Positions 56,842 to 64,000 of a stretch of DNA of 64,000 nt are shown here, piece after piece. The notes beneath the pieces were generated by a model, which worked only from the letters and a program-made list of their open reading frames with translations, searched no databases and was not told the origin of the DNA. Location: assembly GCF_009914755.1 (NCBI RefSeq), contig NC_060948.1; one strand, written 5' to 3'. The DNA comes from the human T2T-CHM13v2.0 reference genome, Homo sapiens. Numbering within the stretch: position 1 is the first letter of the stretch; every line of letters starts with the position of its first letter. The translations under genes and the position numbers were made by a program.

Positions 56842-59800
56842 AATCCAAAATCATTGACTGGAAAGTCTGGGTGTCGAAAGGAATTGACTCCAATGGAGTG
56901 GAATCGAATGGAATGGAAGTGAATAGAATCAAACTAAATCGAATGGAATGGAATTGATAGGAACGGAATGGAAAGGAATGCAATGATTTGGCATGGAATG
57001 GAATCGAATGTCTTCAAATGGAATGGAATGGAATGCAATGGAATGGAATGTATTAGAATGTAATGAACTTTAATGGAATATACTCGAATGGATTCGACTG
57101 GAATGGAATGTTCTGGAAGTGAATGGACTCCAATGGAATGGATTCAAAAGGAATGGAATCGTACGCAATGGAATCTAATGGAATGGAATTAAATGGAAAT
57201 GAATCAAATTGAATAGCACGGAATTGAATTGAATGGAATGGAATGCAATGGAATCTAATGAAACGGAAAGGAAAGGAATGCAATGGAATGGAATGGGCTG
57301 GAATGGAAAGGAATCGAAACGAATGGAATGGAATCGAACTGAAGAGACTGGAATGGAAAGCACTGGAATGGAAGGGAGTGTAATGTAAGGTTCTCGAAAA
57401 AAATGGAATCGAATGGAATGCAATTGAATGGAACGGAATAGAGTCGAATGCAATTGAATGGAATGGAATGGACTAGAGTGAAATGGAATCGAACCACAAG
57501 GAATGGACAGGAATAGAATGGTCTCGAATTGAATGGAATCGTATGGAATGGCATCAAACGGAATGGAATGGACAGCCACGGAATGGAATGGACAGCCACG
57601 GAATGGAATGCACTCGAATGCAATGGAGTCGACACTAATGGACTGGAATAGAATGGACTCGACTGGTACGGACTCCAATGGAATGGAATCGAATGGAAGG
57701 GAATCGAACGGAATGGACTCGAAGGGAAAAGACTGCAATGGAAAGGTCTCGAATGGAATGGAAATTAATGGAATGGAATGGAATCGAATGAAATGGAGGC
57801 AAAAGGAATGGAATCGAATGGCAAGAAATCGAATGTAATGGAATCGCAAGGAATTGATGTGAACGGAACGGAATGGAATGGAATCCAAAGGAATGGAATA
57901 GAATGGAATGGAATCGAATGGAAAGGACTCGAATGGAAATCACTCGAATAGAATGCAATTTAATAAAATAGGATCAAATGTAATGGAATGGAATGGAAAG
58001 GAATCGAATCGAAAGGAATGGAGACAGATGGAATGGAATGGAACAGAGAGCAATGGTATAGAATGGAATGGAATCATCTGGAATGGAATTGAATGGAATG
58101 GAATAATATGAAATGGAATGGAATTGAATGGAATGGAATGCCCTTGAATTAAATGGACTGGAATGGAATGGACTCGAACAGAGTGGAATGGAAAGTGTTG
58201 AAATAGAATGGAATGGACTCGTTTGGAATGGTCTAGTATGCAATGCAATCGACTGGCAGGGAATCAAAAGGAATGTAATGGAATGGATTGGACTGGAATG
58301 CAATGGACTCGAATAGATTGGAAACGGAATACAAAGGAATGGAATGGAATAGTATGGAATGGAATGGAAAGGAATGGAGTGGAATAGACTAGAGTGGAAC
58401 GGAATGGACTGGAAAGCAATGGACTGGAATGGAACTTTCTTGAATGGACTGGAATCAAACGGAATGGAATGCAATGCAATCAAATGGCATGGAATAAAAT
58501 AGAATGAAAGAGAATCAAATGGAATTGAATCGAATGGAATAGAATGGATTGGAAAGGAATAGAATGGAATGGAATGGAATTGACTCAAATGGAATGGACT
58601 AGAATGGAATGGATTCGAATGGAAGGCAAAGGAATGGAATCTATTGGAATGGACTGTAATGGAATGGAATGGAAGGGATTGGAATGGACTCGAATGGAAT
58701 GGACTGCAATAGAAAGGATTCGAATGGAATGAAAAAGAATTGAATGGAATAGAACAGAATGGAATCAAATCGAATGAAATGGAATGGAATAGAAAGGAAT
58801 GGAATGAAATGGAATGGAAAGGATTCGAATGGAATGCAATCGAATGGAATGGAATCGAACGGAATGGAATAAAATGGAAGAAAACTGGCAAGAAATGGAG
58901 TCGAAATGAATGGAGTGTTATGGAACGGACTCAAAAGGAATTGAATGTAATAGAATGGAGTGGAGTGGACTCGAATATAATGGACTGGAATGGAATGAAA
59001 TCACATGGAATGGGAACGAATGGAATGGAATGGAAATGAATGGAATCGAATGGAAAGGAATCGAATGGAAGGGAATGAAATTGAATCAACAGGAATGGAA
59101 GGGAGTAGAATAGACGGTAATGGAATGGACTCGAATAGAATGGACACGAATGCTCAAATTGAATGGACTCGAATGGAATGGAAACGAAAGGAATGTCATC
59201 GAATGGAATTGAATCGATTGGAATGAAATCACATAGAATGGAGTGGAATCAAATGGAATTGAATCGAAAGGAAAGGAAGCGAATGGACTGAAATGAAATG
59301 GAATGGAATTGAATGGAAATTAATGCAATGGAATAGAATGGAACGAAATTTCACGGAATGGAATCAAACTGAATGGAATCAAATCAATGGAATATAATCA
59401 AATGGAATGGAAAGGAATTGAATGGAGTAGATTGGATTGGATGGGATTGGAATGAAATGTACTGGAAAGGACTCGAATTTCATGAAACGGAATGGAATGA
59501 ATTGGAACGGAATGGACCTGAATGGAATGGAATGTCATGGAATGGCATCAAATGGAATGGAATCGAATGCGATGGAATGCTATGGAATGGAATGGAATGC
59601 ATTGGAATGGAATGTCCTCTAATGGAATGTATTCGAGTGGAATGGAATCGAATATAATGGAGTCTAATGAAAGGGAATTGAAAGGAATGGGACCGAATAC
59701 AATGGAATATACTGGAATGTAATGTAATGAACTCGAATGTAATTGACTGGAATGGAATGTACATGAATGGAATGTAATCGAATGGAAAGCAATCGAATGG

Positions 59801-60390
59801 AATAGAATCTAATGCAATAAAATGGACTCAAATAGAGTAGAATGTAATGGAATGGAGTGCAGTGCAATGGAATGGAATGGAATGGAATGCAATGGAATGG
59901 AATGGAATGGAATGGGATGGAATGGTATGGAATGGATAGTAATGGACTGGAGTGAAATGGACTGGAAAAGAATGGACTCAAATTGAAAGGGCTCGAAAGG
60001 AATGGAGTCAAATGGAATGGTCTGGAATGGAATGAACATGAATGTAATGCAATCCAATAGAATGGAATCGAATGGCATGGAATATAAAGAAATGGAATCG
60101 AAGAGAATGGAAACAAATGGAATGGAATTGAATGGAATGGAATTGAATGGAATGGGAACGAATGGAGTGAAATTGTATGCAGTAGAAGAGAATAGAATGG
60201 AATGCAAGCGAAAGGAAAGGAATGGATTGGAATGGAATGGAATTCATTGGAATGGAAGGGAATGTAGTGTAATGGACAGGCCTGGAATAAAGTGGAATGC
60301 TACGGTCTCGAATGGAATAAAAATGTATGGAATGGAATGCAATGAAACGGAATCGAATGTCATAGAATGTAATGGAATGCAAAAAAATGG
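56842..60390 (+). repeat. DYZ1 unit U17 (3549 bp, divergent)
   Basis: Anchor spacing; 20-bp duplication at 57570-57609; SalI GTCGAC at 57628. Confidence 0.92.
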
Positions 60391-63300
60391 AATCCAAAAT
60401 CATTGACTGGAAAGGCTGGGTGTCGAAAGGAATTGACTCCAATGGAATGGAATCGAATGGAATGGAAGTGAATAGAATCGAACGAAATCGAATGGAATGG
60501 AATTGATAGGAACGGAATGGAAAGGAATGCAATGATTTGGCATGGAATGGAATCGAATGGCATCGAATGGAATGGAATGGAATGCAATGGAATGGAATGT
60601 ATTAGAATGTAATGAACTTTAATGGAATGTACTCGAATGGATTCGACTGGAATGGAATGTTCTCGAAGTGAATGGACTCCAATGGAATGGATTCGAAAGG
60701 AATGGAGTCTAATGGAATGGAATTAAATGGAAATGAATCAAATTGAATAGAACGGAATTGAATTGAATGGAATCGAATGCAATGGAATCTAATGAAATGG
60801 AAAGGAAAGGAATGGAATGGATTGGAATGGAATGGGCTGGAATGGAATGGAATCGAAACGAATGGAATGGAATCGAACTGAAGAGACTGGAATGGAATGC
60901 ACTGGAATGGAAGGGAATGTAATGGAAGGTTCTCGAAAAAAATGGAATCGAAAGGAATGGAATTGAATGGAACGGAATAGAGTCGAATGGAATTCAATGG
61001 AATGGAATGGACTAGAGTGAAATGGAATCGAACCACAAGGAATGGACAGGAATAGAATGGTCTCGAATTGAATGGAATCGTATGGAATGGCATCAAACGG
61101 AATGGAATGGACAGCCACGGAATGGAATGGACAGCCACGGAATGGAATGCACTCGAATGCAATGGAGTCGACACTAATGGACTGGAATAGAATGGACTCG
61201 ACTGGTACGGACTCCAATGGAATGGAATCGAATGGAAGGGAATCGAACGGAATGGACTCGAAGGGAAAAGACTGCAATGGAAAGGTCTCGAATGGAATGG
61301 AAATTAATGGAATGGAATGGAATCGAATGAAATGGAGTCAAAAGGAATGGAATCGAATGTCAAGAAATCGAATGTAATGGAATCGCAAGGAATTGATGTG
61401 AACGGAACGGAATGGAATGGAATCCAAAGGAATGGAATAGAATGGAATGGAATCGAATGGAAAGGACTCGAATGGAAATCACTCGAATAGAATGCAATTT
61501 AATAAAATAGGATCAAATGTAATGGAATGGAATGGAAAGGAATCGAAACGAAAGGAAAGGAGACAGATGGAATGGAATGGAACAGAGAGCAATGGTATAG
61601 AATGGAATGGAATCATCTGGAATGGAATTGAATGGAATGGAATAATATGAAATGGAAAGGAATGGAATGGAATGCCCTTGAATTAAATGGACTGGAATGG
61701 AATGGACTCGAACAGAGTGGAATGGAAAGTGTTGAAATAGAATGGAATGGACTCGTTTGGAATGGTCTAGTATGCAATGCAATCGACTGGCAGGGAATCA
61801 AAAGGAATGTAATCGAATGGATTGGACTGGAATGCAATGGACTCGAATAGATTGGAAACGGAAAGCAAAGGAATGGAATGGAAAGGAATCGAAACGAAAG
61901 GAATGGAGACAGATGGAATGGAATGGAACAGAGAGCAATGGTATAGAATGGAATGGAATCATCTGGAATGGAATTGAATGGAATGGAATAATATGAAATG
62001 GAATGGAATGGAATGGAATGGAATGCCCTTGAATTAAATGGACTGGACTCGAACAGAGTGGAATGGAAAGTGTTGAGATAGAATGGAATGGACTCCTTTG
62101 GAATGGTGTAGTATGCAATGCAATCGACTGGCAGGGAATCAAAAGGAATGTAATGGAATGGACTGGACTGGAATGCAATGGACTCGAATAGATTGGAAAC
62201 GGAATGCAAAGGAATGGAATGGAATAGTATGGAATGGAATGGAAAGGAATGGAGTGGAATAGACTAGAGTGGAATGGAATGGACTGGAAAGCAATGGACT
62301 GGAATGGAACTTTCTTGAATGGACTGGAATCAAACGGAATGGAATGCAATGCAATCAAATGGCATGGAATAAAATAGAATGAAAGAGAATCAAATGGAAT
62401 TGAATCGAATGGAATCGAATGGATTGGAAAGGAATAGAATGGAATGGAATGGAATGGACTCAAATGGAATGGACTAGAATGGAATGGATTCGAATGGAAG
62501 GCAAAGGAATGGAATCTATTGGAATGGACTGTAATGGAATGGAATGGAAGGGATTGGAATGGACTCGAATGGAATGGACTGCAATAGAAAGGATTCGAAT
62601 GGAATGAAAAAGAATTGAATGGAATAGAACAGAATGGAATCAAATCGAATGAAATGGAATGGAATAGAAAGGAATGGAATGAAATGGAATGGAAAGGATT
62701 CGAATGGAATGCAATCGAATGGAATGGAATCGAACGGAATGGAATAAAATGGAAGAAAACTGGCAAGAAATGGAATCGAAATGAATGGAGTGTTATGGAA
62801 CGGACTCAAAAGGAATTGAATGTAATAGAATGGAGTGGAGTGGACTCGAATATAATGGACTGGAATGGAATGAAATCACATGGAATGGGAACGAATGGAA
62901 TGGAATGGAAAGGAATGGAATCGAATGGAAAGGAATCGAATGGAAGGGAATGAAATTGAATCAACAGGAATGGAAGGGAATAGAATAGACGGTAATGGAA
63001 TGGACTCGAATTGAATGGACACGAATGCTCAAATTGAATGGACTCGAATGGAATGGAAACGAAAGGAATGTCATCGAATGGAATTGAATCGATTGGAATG
63101 AAATCGCATAGAATGGAGTGGAATCAAATGGAATTGAATCGAAAGGAAAGGAAGCGAATGGACTGAAATGAAATGGAATGGAATTGAATGGAAAGTAATG
63201 CAATGGAATAGAATGGAACGAAATTTCACGGAATGGAATCAAACTGAATGGAATCAAATCAATGGAATCAAATCAAATGGAATGGAAAGGAATTGAATGG

Positions 63301-64000
63301 AGTAGATTGGATTCGATGGGATTGGAATGAAATGTACTGGAAAGGACTCGAATTTCATGAAACGGAATGGAATGAATTGGAACGGAATGGACTCGAATGG
63401 AATGGAATGTCATGGAATGGCATCAAATGGAATGGCATCAAATGGAATGGAATCGAATGCAATGGAATGCTATGGAATGGAATGGAATGCATTGGAATGG
63501 AATGTCCTCTAATGGAATGGATTCGAGTGGAATGGAATCGAATATAATGGAGTCGAATGAAATGGAATTGAAAGGAGTGGGATCGAATACAATGGAATAT
63601 ACTGGAATGTAATGTAATGAACTCGAATGTAATTGACTGGAATGGAATGTACATGAATGGAATGTAATCCAATGGAAAGTAATCCAATAGAATAGAATCT
63701 AATGCAATAAAACCGACTCAGATAGAGTAGAATGTAATGGAATGGAGTGCAGTGCAATGGAATGGAATGGAATGGAATGCAATGGAATGGAATGGAATGG
63801 AATGGAATGGAATGGGATGGAATGGGATGGAATGGATAGTAATGGACTGGAGTGAAATGGACTGGAAAGGAATGGACTCAAATTGAAAGGGCTCGAAAGG
63901 AATGGAGTCAAATGGAATGGTCTGGAATGGAATGAACACGAATGTAATGCAATCCAATAGAACGGAATCGAATGGCATGGAATATAAAGAAATGGAATCG
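60391..64000 (+). repeat. DYZ1 unit U18 (partial, chimeric, with internal ~346-bp duplication)
   Basis: Runs 3610 bp without reaching the next anchor; the segment GGAGACAGAT...GATTGGAAACG occurs twice (61524-61869 and 61870-62210). Confidence 0.9.
61524..62210 (+). repeat. Internal tandem duplication within U18 (346 bp + 341 bp copies)
   Basis: AGACAGATGG at 61561 and 61907; GCCCTTGAATTAAAT present twice; junction in GGAATGGAATGGAA microhomology at 61870-61883. Confidence 0.93.

Larger units (their letters stand above)
1..64000 (+). repeat. DYZ1: Human Satellite 3 array, DYZ1 type (Yq12-like), GGAAT strand on +; ~18 tandem copies of a ~3.56 kb unit
   Basis: Continuous diverged GGAAT pentamers. 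Unique landmarks (AATCCAAAATCATTGACTGG, GGACAGGCCTGGAATAAAGTGG, TTTAATAAAATAGGATC) recur every ~3.55 kb. One conserved EcoRI site (e.g. 3403-3408) and one HaeIII/StuI site (3441-3446) per unit match the classical 3.4-kb HaeIII/EcoRI male-specific fragment (~3564 bp). Not checked against a database. Confidence 0.95.

Noticed and set aside
1-60390. A strict multi-unit higher-order period (e.g. 5 or 6 units) within the window
   Set aside because: The U8-U13 (5 units) and U1-U7 (6 units) similarities are confined to sub-unit tracts and are not continued by neighbouring units.
334-63978. Hundreds of ORFs on both strands (MEWNG- and IPFHS-rich)
   Set aside because: These are the expected translations of (GGAAT)n/(ATTCC)n, which lack stop codons. 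They overlap in several frames, show no domain, and change frame freely between units through 5-bp indels.
1-64000. CRISPR-like or prokaryotic repeat system
   Set aside because: No constant repeat with unique spacers and no cas or other genes; the 'unique' stretches recur in every 3.56-kb unit.
1-64000. HSat2 or autosomal HSat3 identity
   Set aside because: Lacks the dominant CATTCGATTC/GATGAT-type HSat2 pattern; the ~3.56-kb period, restriction map and primer sites fit DYZ1.
1-64000. DYZ2/HSat1B block, Alu or L1 insertion, or an inversion
   Set aside because: No AT-rich 2.4-kb unit, Alu sequence, poly(A) tail with target-site duplication, or switch to CATTC on the + strand was seen.

Overview
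The whole 64 kb window is non-coding tandem satellite DNA: a diverged (GGAAT)n/(ATTCC)n pentamer array organised into a ~3.5-3.6 kb higher-order unit repeated head-to-tail about 18 times (17 complete units of 3494-3584 bp plus one partial, rearranged unit). The unit length (one copy is exactly 3564 bp), the single conserved EcoRI and HaeIII/StuI sites, and the binding sites of the classical Y-sexing PCR primers (recalled from the literature) identify it as human Satellite 3 of the DYZ1 type (Yq12 heterochromatin). All ORFs in the track are translation artefacts of the pentamer (MEWNG / IPFHS). I see no genes, RNA genes, transposons, CRISPR arrays or DYZ2/HSat1B blocks, and no new gene-encoded system. 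The interest is structural and regulatory. Each unit carries three perfect heat-shock elements (nGAAnnTTCnnGAAn), and variants mostly spare their core bases. A 346-bp out-of-register duplication at ~61.5-62.2 kb joins two different unit subfamilies. There are also two recent whole-unit duplications, long-range shared variant tracts, a fixed -1 pentamer phase slip per unit, and indels quantised in 5/15 bp. Unit comparisons were made by eye, so variant counts are approximate. Units U1-U18 are defined from the arbitrary anchor AATCCAAAATCATTGA.
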